Shown here in pieces: positions 36,300 through 49,479 of a DNA stretch of 64,000 nucleotides. The stretch lies in NCBI GenBank assembly GCA_038087875.1, contig CM076002.1, forward strand, positions 124,001 through 188,000, written 5' to 3'. The first letter of the stretch is position 1. Every line of letters starts with the position of its first letter. Both the position numbers and the translations under genes were made by a program. The stretch comes from Malacoraja senta (Eukaryota). The notes beneath the pieces were generated by a model. That model had not been told where the DNA came from. It ran no database searches and saw only the letters and a list, made by a program, of their open reading frames with translations.

Positions 36300-39200
36300 T
36301 AATTCGAAAGGTATTCCTGTACCTCTAGATTTAGTACTATGTGAGGATTGGTATGTCTGACCGATCCAATTAGCCCTCAGCCTTGTCTGCGCTTGTAATT
36401 TCAGGTGTGTTTCCAGTAAAAAAATTATGCCGGCCTTGAATGACTTTAATTGTGCCAAGATCTTACCCCTTTTGATTGGGTCATTCATACCCCTTACGTT
36501 CCAGCTGCAAAACGTAATTCCACCTATTTTATTTTGTGTGGTGTCTTGCATTTTCAATTAATTTAATACATTTATGCCATATGGTGCAACACAATACCTT
36601 GATCTTCCAGGTGCGGAGTGTATACTTATCTCTTCTTGGTATTCTAGGCACATCCCTTTAAAGAAAATCCTTAACAAAGAAATCAAAAAAGTAAAAAGTG
36701 ATTCAAAAATATAACGTGATATTGCAGTACAGTGATAAGAACACTGCACTGCTAATAAACAAAAATAGTGACATTATAGAAGACCCACCAAAAGGTGGTA
36801 AAAATGATTTTTACGACTTACGTCGTTGTTAGTAATAAACATTTACCTCCACTCCCTTTACCATCTAGTATCAGAAGGGGGGGGGGGTCTATACAAATGT
36901 ATATAGAAATACATCCAACCTCTAAATCTAATTAATTCTTTTCGTGAATTTCTATTTACTATGTTGTTGTATTAAGCTTCGTTGAGGCCCTTGTCTTGCA
37001 ATAAAATACTCATTCAGATTGGAAGGGGTTAACCAAGAGTACATTCTTGGCTGTCTGCCAATTACCTCGTGTTTAAATCAATTCCCTTCCATCTAATTTC
37101 AACTCTGTATAGAGCATATCATGAATTTTACTTCGGAGTCACGTGAGTGACTACGTGAAGAACCCCGCCAGTGCGCCTGCACGTCACTACGTCAGACGCC
37201 TTGATGCAAACGGACGTGAGGAGCAGAGCTCCTACAGTGGTTTGTAGTTTTTCAACTACAAGGTAAGTAAAAACTTTTTTCAAGTTTTCCAGGTCCGTTT
37301 ACTGTGGGTCTATGGGGATTTTTTCCACAGACGCCATGGAAAAAACGGACAGGGGGAAGAGGCGAGCGACACAGCCGACAGAAAGTCGGGAAAGTCGGGA
37401 GTCCGCGGTTAGAGACCAACCGCCTCTAAACCCCGGTACAGTCGCCAGCGGTGAGAATAGCGACTGTGGACCTGGGGCTGGTGAAAACACTGTCAGCGCC
37501 TGTCGGGCAAAAGACAAAGTTTAAATCCCAACGGCCCACGGAGGGAGTCCCAGGCAATGGAAGTAGCTCCAGGGCTAGATACTGCTTTCGAGCGTATTGC
37601 CCAAATAGAAAGCCTTTTACACAGGCTGTTGGAGCAAAGTTCACTCAGGGAGGGGTGTACTGAAAGCCAAGCTGATGGAAACAGCTCAAACAGCTCCCGG
37701 TACAGGGCTAGATACTGCTTTCGAGCGTATTGTCCAAATAGAAAGCCTTTTTCATAGGCTGTTGGAGCAAAGTTCACTCAGGAAGGAGTGTACTGTAATC
37801 CAAGCTGCAGGAGCAGCTTAACAGCACCTGGCTCAGGGCTGATGGAATGCACCCTCAGGAATGAGGAGCGTGCTACGGGTCATGAGATTTCAGACCCCGA
37901 CTCTGACGGTGAGGCTGTACAAGGCGATGAACGGCAGCTGCCAGATGTTCCACCCCTGGCAGTAGGATTCGCTGCCCCGTCAGGGTCAGGAGAGCCATTA
38001 GGAGAAGAACTGGCCTCCTTAATAAATTACTTGGTTTACCATTAGCTGGAACAGCAGGAAATGGATGAGACTGCAAGAAGTAACTGTGGGTTGCTGAAAG
38101 CAGCAGCAGTGAACCAAATTATCTGGAATCAGTTGCAGAGAATATTAAAGCTGCTGGGTTCTGGAATAACTGCTTTTACCAGAATAGCAGGTAACAACCA
38201 AAAGATGACGAAGTTGCATCGCAAGCACTATGCAGCACCCACTTCGAGATCAATTATCTGAGGAAAGTGCTATACGGCCTACTATGAATCCGAAATTCGC
38301 AGCACTCTGCAAACCAAGTAATATACAATTACCCAACTTACTCTTTGGAGAGGATCTCGGGAGACGTATTAAAGAGTTGGAAGATGAAGCGAAAACAGGA
38401 TTGATAAATACATCAATAGTTGCAAAGTCTGTAAAGAGGAAGTATCCTTTCAGACGTCATACGGATCCTAGACCAGGACCAAGTCGCTCATCAACGCAGG
38501 GACGTAGCTGGCGGCCTGCAGCGGGAGTAAGGACCAGTGGTTGTGCTTCCGGGAGAATCCAGGGATCTCAGAATACTCAAATGACTCAAGAGGTAGGTGG
38601 ACCTGGTTCTCAGGGGAACATACTAACTGGATTAAGTCCAAAAGTTGGAGGCAGATTACGTCTCTTCTATTCTGAATAATATACAAGGATTTCGAATTGA
38701 ATTCAATCCAAATTATGATTTGCCTGTCCAGCATGTTCCTAGCAGAACTCTCCACTTTGCGAAGTAATGGAGGTTCAAGTTGTGCTTCAAAACCCTATAT
38801 ATAAAAGGTGTTATTAAAGAATCAGTCTACCAAATTCACCAATTTGGGTCAAATATATTCCCTCGATCAAAAAAGGATGGAGGATGTAGGATGATTATAG
38901 ACTTGACAAGTCTGAATCCTTTTGTTCAGTGTCTGTTCACTTGCAAGATATGAAGTATTTTAAATTTACATGGATGAACCAATTAGGGCAGTTCAAAGCT
39001 CTGCCTAAAGGGTTAACGTTCCCTTCCAGAATATCCATAAAAATCAATTCTGGGGTTGCTGAGAGCCAGGGGCATGTACTAATGGCATACCTGGATGATG
39101 TCCTGATTATAGGAAGGACAAAACAGTCAACAGAAGCATCGGTTGCAGTAATAAAATCAAACTTTTGAAAGTTTGGGGGTTTCTAAATTCATCCAAAGAA

Positions 39201-42200
39201 ATCAAGGTTAAAAACATGTACCTCGATTAATTATTTGGGGTTCACAATTGATTTAGCCCAAATGCAAATTACTTTGCCCAGTGAAAAAAGGGTGGAGTTG
39301 ATTAAAGATTGCAGTTAAACGAGCAAAAACCTCTAATCAGACAGGTGGCTCGAGTACTGGGAAAATTAGTAGATTCCCAGCAGTCCAGTATGGACCATTA
39401 CATTATCAACAGCTGCAGAGAATTAAAGAACAGGCACTGAGAGTAAATGCTGGTCATTTTGATAGAACCATGTAAGTAACAACAAATGCTGTTTCTAAGC
39501 TGCAGTGGTGGATTCTACATGTCTCAAGCAGTTCAGGCAAAGTGCTGATTGAACAACCTTCCATGATATTACAAACTGATGCCAGTGCACTAGGATGGGG
39601 TGCAACTGACTTAACATGGAGCTGCGGAGGCAGATGGAATCAGGAAAAGTTAGTGTTACTGCAGACATGGGGAATTACCTATTTGGAGCTTTTAGGAGGT
39701 TTCTATGGACTCCAAGCTTATGGTTCTAACACAACTAAAAGGAAGGTTGAAGTTCAAATTAATAAACACAACAGTAGTTGCCTATATTAATGATATGGGT
39801 GGAATTAAGTCGGTGTCATGTGACAAAATGGTTAAATCAACTTGGGTCTTGGTGTATTGAAAAGAACATTTGGATTTCAGCTATCTATCTACCAGGTAGA
39901 ATGAACACGATAGCAGACACCTGGTCACGAAAAGTTCCATGATAATAAAGAATGGATGTTGAATCACGAGGTATTCAATGATATAGTAATCAGATTTGGA
40001 ATGACCGACATCGACTTGAATCATCAGCTATCGAGATATGTCTCATGGAAACCAGATCCAGGAGCAGTGGCGATTGATGCTTTCTCGCTACATTGGGGTG
40101 GTATGTTTTCATATATATTTCCACCTTTCTGCCTCATAAGCCAATGTTTGCTTAAAATCAGGCAAGATGCTGCTTCAAGGGTATTGGTAGTACCAGATTG
40201 GCCTACACAGCCATGGTATCTGTTGATATTAGAATTAACAACACAAATGTTGATGAAAGTCCCAAAAAAGAGTAATTTATTGCTGCACCCTGTAACAGGG
40301 TAACAACATCCATTATATCATCGTTTGGATTTGTTGATTTGCAGGTTTTAAGAATGCCTTTTCTGGACGAGGACTGTCTGAGCATACTGTGGACATGCTT
40401 ACGGCAGCCGGGAGGAAGAGCACTCAAAAACAGTACCTTTCTTATATTAAGAAATGGGAAGTTCTGTGTACAAAAAAATGTGCAATAAAGTACTGCAGAT
40501 ATTTCAAATGTTTAGAATTTCTGTCAAAACTTTATTATGATGAAGGTCTGAGTTGTAGTGCAATTAATTCAGCCAGAAGTGCATTGTCCTCATATTTGGT
40601 TCTGGATTCAGAAAGAAACTCAATTGGGTCACACCCAATTGTTTCCAGACTAATGAAAGGAATCTTTAATTCCAAACCACCGAAACCTAGGTACGTGACA
40701 ATCTGGGATGTAAGTGTGGTACTGAAACTACTTCGTGAATGGTCATCAAGTGTGTCTTTACCTTTGGCCAAGCTCAGTATGAAAGTATTCATGCTTATGG
40801 CATAAGTGACAGCACAACGAGTGCAAACACTTGGAAAATTACAAATAGACAGTATGGAAGTAACTGAAGACGAGGTTACATTCTATATCTATGACCTACT
40901 AAAGTAAATTAGGCCAGGTGTGACAGGATTTAAAATTATGCTAGCAGCATATCCAAATGATCCATGTCTCTGTATTAAGACATATTTATTACAATACATT
41001 GAGGTCACAAAGAATTTGGGAATACGGAAACTGGGTTGTTGATCACACACAAGAAACCACACAAGAGAGTTTCAATACAGACTATTTCCAGATGGATAAA
41101 AGAAGTCTTAACAGCTGCTGGTATTAACACTTATGTTTTTACGTCTCACTCGACTAGGGCAGCAGAAACGTCGGCGGCCAGGGCAAAAGACGGCCCCGTC
41201 GACCATATCCTCGCAGCCCATCGGCCTATTGTTATTGCGGGGTTGTTTGTAGAAACTATTTTAAGTTCTGTGTAAATTCCTCTGGTTTAAAGGGGATCTG
41301 ATTCATTTCATTATTGAAATGAATTACTGCATTTGTGGTACAAATGTTATTATGAATGCATGATTGATTATTCTCGTTCCGAGTCAATCTATGCAGTGAG
41401 AAGCCGGGATTGATCCACGGCATGAAATCACAAAGCTTTAAAATCTTCACGTAGTCACTCACGTGACTCCGAAGTAAAATAGTAAGATTAAACGAGAACT
41501 TACCTAAGTTTGAAGTTTGATCTTTATTTTATGAGGAGTTACGTAGGTGATTACGTGCCCACCACGACCCTACCCTCTATCATAAAGGTCAGATGGAAGT
41601 TCTTGTGTTACTCGTTTTATTATGAGACTATATTACTTCGGTTGTTGTTTTTTCTGATTTCACACCGCTGCTTTGAAGATTGACGCGCAGGCGCACTGGC
41701 GGGGTTCTTCACGCAATCACCAACGTAACACCTCATAAAATAAAGATCAAACTTCAAACTTAGGTAAGTTCTCGTTTAATCTTACTATTACTTTTCCAAG
41801 TCAGTTCTCCCATATTAGTAAATTATTATAGAATTAACTTAAATCAATATAATTAAATCACCGGACTGATCTACCAGTCCATTAGCTGATATTTTATTCT
41901 ATATACTAATACTAATTAAAATTAGATTAATAAAGCTATATTAAAATCTGTATTAATCTATAATCAAAATGTAATAAAATTGTGTTATTTCATTATTTTA
42001 TATGTAAGTCTATAATCAAACAGGTATTTTTATTAGTAGTTGTTAATTCCGGCTCCCTTTAATTATACTGTTACATGTTTCCCGACTCCCTTTTTTCTCA
42101 TCGAAGTACAGCTCCGACCTTGGCTAAGCATTCCAACAAAGATTAGTGTCTAGACTTTGCAGCATGTGAAAATTACGCCATCTTAAACAATGGCATTTTT

Positions 42201-42650
42201 AACATCAGTTACTTCAAAAGTCAAAGTTACTCAGCTTCTTCTCAACCAAAGCTTATAGCCAAGCGTTTCTTGACAGCCGTGTGTTTTATTTATCTCTTGA
42301 ACTCCTTTACGAGTTCTTCTGCATATATAAATGCCTCATCTGGGTCAATGAAAACACGCTCCTTATTCTTATAAGTAATCTTCATTTTAGCCGGATACAT
42401 AATCCCATATCATAATTCCTTTTAAGATCTGTTTGGTTTTTGAAAACAGCTCTCGTTTCTTCGCGATTTCATAAGGATAGTCCCTGAACAGTCTTATTAT
42501 ATCCTCCTCAAATTTCAAAGTTGTTCCGTGAGGTATTCTCTTCATTATAACTTCCAGTACAGAGATATCGTGAAATTTTACTATAATCTGTCTCCGGGGG
42601 TCTCCTGACCTCGATTGCGCCCTTTGGACCCGGTGTGTCATATCTATCTT
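36300..42650 (-). mobile_element. L1-clade fragment (ORF1 C-terminus ~42290-42650, inter-ORF region, start of ORF2 endonuclease ~36300-36557) interrupted by DIRS-B
   Basis: HRV...PRRQIIVKFH...RLFRDY...KKR (L1 ORF1); SWNVRG...LLETHL (APE). Confidence 0.75.
37128..41786 (+). mobile_element. Full-length but degenerate DIRS1-type retrotransposon (DIRS-B)
   Basis: TTACTTCGGAGTCACG 5' end; gag, YLDD, TDAS, IFPPF and YR (SHSTR) remnants. ICR at ~41445-41557. 3' end ...CTTACT. Flanked by ATT on both sides. Confidence 0.9.
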
Positions 42651-42847
42651 TGGTATATCAGGCAGGTTGAATACCTTTTGAAGTAGATTGGAGGTAAATT
42701 CCTGGGTATAGCAAATTTAAATGCCATGCCTGGCACCCCTGATTCCTGGCCTTCTTGCCTTGAGGTATGCTCACCAGCTATACCCCCGACCTCAGAGTCA
42801 GAACAAAACTGACTCCGTGTACTCTCCTCCTCCAAGAGGGAGACATT

Positions 42848-43160
42848 ATAGATACATAGATACATAGAAAATAGGTGCAGGAGTAGGCCATTCGGCCCTT
42901 CGAGCCTGCACCGCCATTCAATATGATCATGGCTGATCATCCAACTCAGTATCCCGTACCTGCCTTCTCTCCATACCCCCTGATCCCCTTAGCCACAAGG
43001 GCCACATCTAACTCCCTCTTAAATATAGTCAATGAACTGGCCTCAACTACCCTCTGTGGCAGAGAGTTCCAGAGATTCACCACTCTCTGTGTGAAAAAGT
43101 TTTTCCTCATCATTAAAGGATTCCCCCCTTATCCTTAAGCTGTGACCCCTTGTCCTGGAC
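42848..43160 (-). mobile_element. Short CR1 3' fragment, (ATCTATGT)n tail
   Basis: CR1 3' end sequence matching other copies in the window. Confidence 0.85.
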
Positions 43161-43722
43161 TTAATTTAAATGCCATGCCTGGCACCCCTGATTCCTGCAG
43201 CACCTTCTACAGGTGCTGCTGCCACGGGCCCCCGAGGAGACCCACGGATATAAAGCTCGTCTTCCTCGAGCACATTGTGATGGAGCATCCTCTCAACAGG
43301 AGCTCCATCCTGGACAGCCGCCCAAAAACGGCATCCATCGTGGGAGGACAATCCTCCTGACCCGACTCATCAGAGTCAATGAGCCTTATCGACTTTTTGG
43401 TGGCTTTCCGGCCCACCGGAGAAGCCATTGTGCTTTCTACTGGCACGAAGTCGGAAGCCACTGGCCGTGCCGCCAGTGACTCTGAAGGTGAGATGGACGG
43501 CCGCCCGCTACCCGCACTCCCGCGGTCTTTTGTAGCTGCTTCGGACCACCTCGACCTTGCCTTAACCATTTTCTCCATAGCCAACTTGTTCCTGCAAACA
43601 AGATTTACCGACCGCAGAAAACGACCTCAGCTAAGTTTAAAACTTACCTCAGGGTTTTTAACTTACCGTTGGTCGAGCTATGCGCCTGCTAGCCCGTCGG
43701 TGCGCCATGCGACAGACATAAT

Positions 43723-44661
43723 GTTTGCGGATGACACTAAGCTGGGGGGCAGTGTTAGCTGTGAGGAGGATGCTAGGAGACTGCAAGGTGACTTGGATAG
43801 GCTGGGTGAGTGGGCAAATGTTTGGCAGATGCAGTATAATGTGGATAAATGTGAGGTTATCCACTTTGGTGGCAAAAACGGGAAGGCAGACTATTATCTA
43901 AATGGTGGCCGATTAGGAAATGGGGAGGTGCAGCGAGACCTGGGTGTCATGGTACACCAGTCATTGAAAGTAGGCATGCAGGTGCAGCAGGCAGTGAAGA
44001 AAGCGAATGGTATGTTGGCCTTCATAGCAAGAGGATTTGAGTATAGGAGCAGGGAGGTTCTACTGCAGTTGTACAGGGTCTTGGTGAGACCACACCTGGA
44101 GTATTGCGTACAGTTTTGGTCTCCAAATGTGAGGAAGGACATTATAGCCATAGAGGGAGTGCAGAGAAGGTTCACCAGACTGATTCCTGGGATGTCAGGA
44201 CTTTCATATGAAGAAAGACTGGATAGACTTTGGCTTATACTCGCTAGAATTTAGGAGATTGAGAGGGGATCTTATAGAAACGTACAAAATTCTTATGGGG
44301 TTGGACAGGCTAGATGCAGGAAGATTGTTCCCGATGTTGGGGAAGTCCAGGACAAGGGGTCACAGCTTAAGGATAAGGGGGAAATCCTTTAAGACCGAGA
44401 TGAGGAAAAACTCTTTCACAGAGAGTGGTGAATCTCTGGAACTCTCTGCTACAGAGGGTAGTTGAGGCCAGTTCATTGGCTATATTTAAGAGGGAGTTAG
44501 ATGTGGCCCTTGTGGCTAAAGGGATCAGGGGGTATGGAGAGAAGGCAGGTACGGGGATACTGAGTTGGATGATCAGCCATGATCATATTGAATGGCGGTG
44601 CAGGCTCGAAGGGCCGAATGGCCTACTCCTGCACCTATTTTCTATGTATCTATGTATCTAT
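43723..44661 (+). mobile_element. 5'-truncated CR1, (ATCTATGT)n tail
   Basis: FADD through to the C-terminus and tail. Confidence 0.9.
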
Positions 44662-45479
44662 GCATGCGGACTGGCGGGACTTCTTCACGGAATCACTCAC
44701 GTGACTCCGAAGTAAAATAATACATTGGTATTGAAACAAATGATTATCCGCTCCAAAGCGCTGGAAGGAACTGCGGGGGATGCAGGGGTTAAAGATCGGT
44801 GCTAGGAGAGATTGTGCAAGGCCCTCGCTGGCTTTGAGGTGCAGTGTGGAACAGAGTGCAGCAGGAGAGAGTCGAGTCTGTGCTGGTGCCGAGCCTGTCC
44901 TTCCCTGTCAAAAGTTTGTTTCTTATAAAGCAGATAGCAACAAAAACTGTTAAAGGTAGACCATGGAAATCTTTAATTGATTTGTCAGACGGCAGTGGCA
45001 AAGATCTACAATGAGCACAAACGTTGTTCAGTGCTTCTCGGGTTCCCACTCTCATAACAAAGGATATTTAGCACAATTATACATTTTTCTTATCAGTAAA
45101 ACACTCCTACCAAGTCTGAATATGGCAAGACTGAAAGATTCTGTAGCCTTTGACAATATGGGAAAGCTGGGTCCAAATCAAGCTCATCCAATAACAAGTT
45201 ATTACTTATCTCTGTAGCGTCAGCTATTTTTTTCAATCTTGGCTTGTTTATGGCCTTGAAGAAGCACATGTTATTACTGCAGGCTGCCATCTTAATGTCT
45301 TTATTGAAAAGACAACCTGTCCTCCATATTGTGTTCCATATAATTTACAAAGTCATTCAGACTTGGCAACGAGCCATTCTTTTGTTCTGCTTGACCATGC
45401 TTTTGTAGAAGAACGACTCAATTTTAGATTTGACTTAGATTTGACTATTAGCTCTTTCACCAAGCCTGTCCTTCCCTGG

Positions 45480-45663
45480 TAGATAAAAATGCTGGAGAAA
45501 CTCAGCGGGTGAGGCAGCATCTATGGAGCGAAGGAAATAGGCAACGTTTCGGGTCGAAACCCTTCTTCAGACTGATGAGAAGGGTTTTGACCAGAAATGT
45601 TGCCTATTTCCTTTGCTCCATAGATACTGCCTCACCCGCTGAGTTTCTCCAGCATTTTTTTCT
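45480..45663. mobile_element. 184-bp palindromic Penelope-derived insertion with minimal hammerhead motif
   Basis: Two inverted ~90-bp arms. 16-bp flanking repeat GCCTGTCC(T/A)TCCCTGG. CTGAAGA-AGGGT-TTCG-ACCC-GAAACGT on the minus strand at 45570-45544. Confidence 0.7.
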
Positions 45664-47459
45664 GCCTGTCCATCCCTGGGCTGTGCCAGACGCTGAGTGG
45701 CTCCCCCAGCCTCCAGTGTCCCACCGGGGGATTGGCGCGGCAGCTGACAGAACCTCGAGAAGGAGGGGAGGGTGCGGAAGTTCTTTTGAACAAATTCCTC
45801 CTCCTTACCCACCTGCCCCCCGATCCAACGGGAGAAGCAAGAGACTCCCGCCTGGAGAAGCAAGTGATTGATAGCAACCCTCCGGCCACTGTGCGAATCC
45901 CGCAACCGCTGTTGCCTTCGCTGTCTCAGACACTCACACCTCATCAATAGGGAGGTTGCACGGCAGTCGAGGTCACCATCCGTGACCCGTACTGTTGCCA
46001 CGCAACGCCAACTGGAGTACACGCGGTGAACTGCAGGTAAGCATTTACTATAGCTGCCAGCACAGCGGGCCCTTCTCCTGTCCCAGCATCCAGACTGCAC
46101 GCTGACTGGTTCCACACTCGCAGACCCAGGGCCGTCTATCCCCGGGGGTGAGGAGGAGGATGTCGGGGTGTCGGTGCAGTGACTCTGGTTGGGCGAAGGT
46201 ACCAGACTGTCCCCAACTCTGCTGCAGCTGACAGGGACGTTGCCGGGTTTTTGTCCCCATGTGTCCGCTGCCCGGAGCCACGGCCCCACTCCACCCGGCC
46301 ACGTGTGTGGGCGCTGCCGACCCACAGCCCATGACAGTGTGGCCCACAGGGGGAGATGGGGTGGAGGACAGCCGTGGCCGGACAGCGCTGATCCCGGGGG
46401 GAGAGTGGGGGCTGTCCCGAGGGATGCGCTCCTTCAGCCGCTTACAACGTTGGTGCTCGGGTTCAGAGCAAAGATACTAGAGCATTTGGTTCAGACCGCT
46501 CAGTCACCCTCCACAATTATTTACAGCGCAAAATTTCGGCGTTTTTTAACAGGTAAGAAAGTACGCGTTTCGTGTGTTAACAGTGTCTGCCGAGGCTGCA
46601 ATGTCCTCCAGACAGATTAAGCTGCTCCGTATGTCATGCCCTTTGACCCCATGACGTTACGGCAACCACCCTATACATAGACACACATGCCACATGCACA
46701 GGGCTGGCTTCAGCTACCCGAAGCAGGAGCCCACCTCCCAGGAAATTGCTTGTTGTGATTCCCAAGGCGAACCCCCTCTGGTAGACATAACGTCTGGAGG
46801 GTTGTGTTTACAGTGAGAACCTGAAGGATCTCCCCACCCCTCACATGGGACTGACCCCAGATGGCAGCGCAAGTACTGTCGGAGGCGCTGACTCAGCTCC
46901 CAATCCCAGGTTTCTCTCTCACACACAGACACACACACACATACATGTGGGCTAGATGACGGAAGTCCTCAGAAAAAAACCCGCCCGTGGGCCATAGGTT
47001 GCCGACCCCTGATCTAGGTGGTTTTCAATAGCTTCTATCTTAACCAACAACATGCTGGTGGGTGGGGGAGTAAATTGAAACCTCATTGTTTCATTCTCAT
47101 CTGCAAAGATTAATTGAGTTCTGGTGGAAGGGTGGAATCATGTAGTGATGTGGAAGATTAACCATGATCTTGATGAATAACGGAGCAGTCTCGATGGACC
47201 AAGCAGCATACTTCTGATTTTTAAAAAATGTAACCAAGTATCTCACTCATTGTCTCCCTGAATCCCTGCTCAATCTTCCTGTCAATGACTCATAATTTCC
47301 TCAAATTTTCTTCAGCCTTCCCCTCAATCCCTGGTCAATATTATCCTCAGTCTCTCCTTGCCCTATGTCACTTTGCAAATTTCCCAATCCCTGCTCACAT
47401 TTCTCCATTGCTCCCTACCTCACCCCGCAATCCCATGTCACAGCAGATACCCCATCTAT

Positions 47460-48683
47460 CTATCTATATTAAAAAATGAGTGTCTGAGTGTCCGTCATGC
47501 CCTGAATTACGCAAAAACGATACACAATAGTGCTACAATTTTGGACCACCTTACTCACCATTGTCCTGTGGTGTATTGTGTGTGTTTCTGCCTGTCTTGT
47601 GGGTGCCAGCCTTTGATTCGTTGCTACGCCAACACCACACGCAGAAACGCCGAGATTTTTTCCATTTCAGTAGAGATTTCACTTTTCATTCCAAGTATCC
47701 ACTCCTGATTACATTTCGTCGTGTTTATGTACACATTTTTAATAAAATCCTTCTCCCCCCCCAAAAATGTCAAAATGTTAAAAATAACAGCTCTCACCCA
47801 TAGAATGTTGGTGAACGTTCCATCGTGTGATGTCACAATGCCCAATGCTCACAGATGTCCAATCGGAATGGATCCATTTACATATGCCTTTGCAGCTGCC
47901 CCAGCCCCAGCCCCTCCCCCCCACCCCCGCAGCATGTGTCGAAGCGCGTCATCACGTGTGTGGGAATAGAGAAAGAGGATTGGGGGTGATAAGGAATGGG
48001 GAACAGATGGACTGTCCCTACCCCTCCTCCTACCACTCTCCCTCCCCACTATTTCCCCTCTCTCCCCCACCCCTCTCCCCATCCCTCCACAGTCTTCCCC
48101 CTCCCTCCCCTACCCAATCTCCCTCCTCCCCTCCATCCCCCATCCCTCCCCCACACCTCTCTCCCCCTCCCCCATCCCTCTCTCCTCCCCCTCTCCATCT
48201 CCCTCTCCATCTCCCTCTCCTCTCCCTCTCCTCCCCTCCTCCTCCCACCGCATCCCTCTCTCCCCCACCCCCCTTCCCTCTCCCCCCTTCCCTCCCCACC
48301 CCCTTCCCTCTCTCCCCCACCCCCATTCCCTCCCCACCCCCTTCCCCCTCCCCACTCTTCCCCCTCCATCCACACTCTTCCCCCTCAAACCCCTACCCCT
48401 ATCTCTGCTCTCCCGCTCTTTGATCTTTATATTTTTCTCTGCCCTCTCTCTCTCTCTCTCTCTCTCTCTTCCACTCTGTCTGTGCACACTCTCTCTGCCC
48501 CCCCCCTAGACGCACCTGAGAGGTGAGGGCTATTCGTCAGTGGATAGGGTGGAGATGGGATAAAAGAAGCCAATTAATAAAATAAAGATAATATCAAGGG
48601 GTGTGTGTGTTTGTGGGTGCCAGATTCCCACCCCGCAACCGTGCTTTGGAGGAACAGACCCAACGGGTCTGCATTTGTTCTAG
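47460..48683 (+). mobile_element. Non-autonomous Helitron-like element H1
   Basis: TCTATATTA start; GACCC-AAC-GGGTC hairpin ~10 nt before CTAG|T. Inverted relatives at ~54760-55930 and ~56552-57720. Confidence 0.7.
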
Positions 48684-49479
48684 TATATTACTAAAACTCT
48701 CATCTTGTTTGTTAGTGAGTGTGCGTGTCTGCTTGCATGTCTGTCTGAGTGTCCGTCATGCCCTGAATTACGCAAAAACGGTACACAATAGCGCTACAAT
48801 TTTGGTCCACCTTACTCACCATTGTCCTGTGGTGTATTGTGTCAAGTTTCGTTCAGATTGATGTTATATTTTACAAGTTATTCACATTTTTAACTTTACA
48901 AAATCCCACTTTGAGAAAAATGTCTTCCATCTGCACTGGCAGTTAGCAGCTATGTTGTCACAATGGGATCTCATTTACATAAACTGCCCATCAACAGTGA
49001 TCCACCCAGTGCAATGGGAGATTTGTTACATTGTTGTAAGGAGAGGGAGGGAGTGGGGGAGTGGGGGAGGGGAGGAGGAGAAATGTTATTTAAACATTGT
49101 GTTTAGTGGCAGAGTGGGATAGGGGAGAGGTGAGCAGTGGGGGAGCAGGAGATAGAGGGAGAGGAGGGGGGTAGGGAGATGAGAGAGGTTATGGAGGGAG
49201 GGAGGGAGTGACTGAGGGTAGGGAATGAGTGAGGGTAGGGGAAAGAAGAGGGAGGGAGAGGTGAGGGAGGGACTGGTGGAGGAGAGGGGAGAGAAGAGGG
49301 TGGGTGAAGAGGAGGAGGAGGGAGTGTTGGGGAAGAGGGGAAATGAGCCGCGCTTGCGCAGTTGGGGGCTCTGGGTGAGTGGTGGAATATTGCTTTGGGG
49401 GAACGGGTTGCGTTGGGGGAACCGGTGAGTGGTGGAATATTGCGTTGGAATGGGGTCCAACGGGTCCCACTTGGTCTAG
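48684..49479 (+). mobile_element. Non-autonomous Helitron-like element H2, head-to-tail with H1
   Basis: TATATTACTAAAACTCTCATCTTG start; ends G(T)CCAACGGGTCCCACTTGGTCTAG|T. Confidence 0.65.

Larger units (their letters stand above)
42660..44715 (-). mobile_element. 5' fragment of a third DIRS element (DIRS-C) with two CR1 insertions
   Basis: Terminus CACGTGACTCCGAAGTAAAAT ending near 44718; gag-like ORF 43584-43207 (RLSRMELLL). Confidence 0.7.

Noticed and set aside
44900..47011. Possible hAT element (LICQTAVAKIYN-like fragment; GGTTGCCGACCCCTG right TIR at ~47011) and GC-rich ORFs 45567-46620
   Set aside because: No matching left TIR or TSD found and no recognisable domain in the ORFs; too weak to call.
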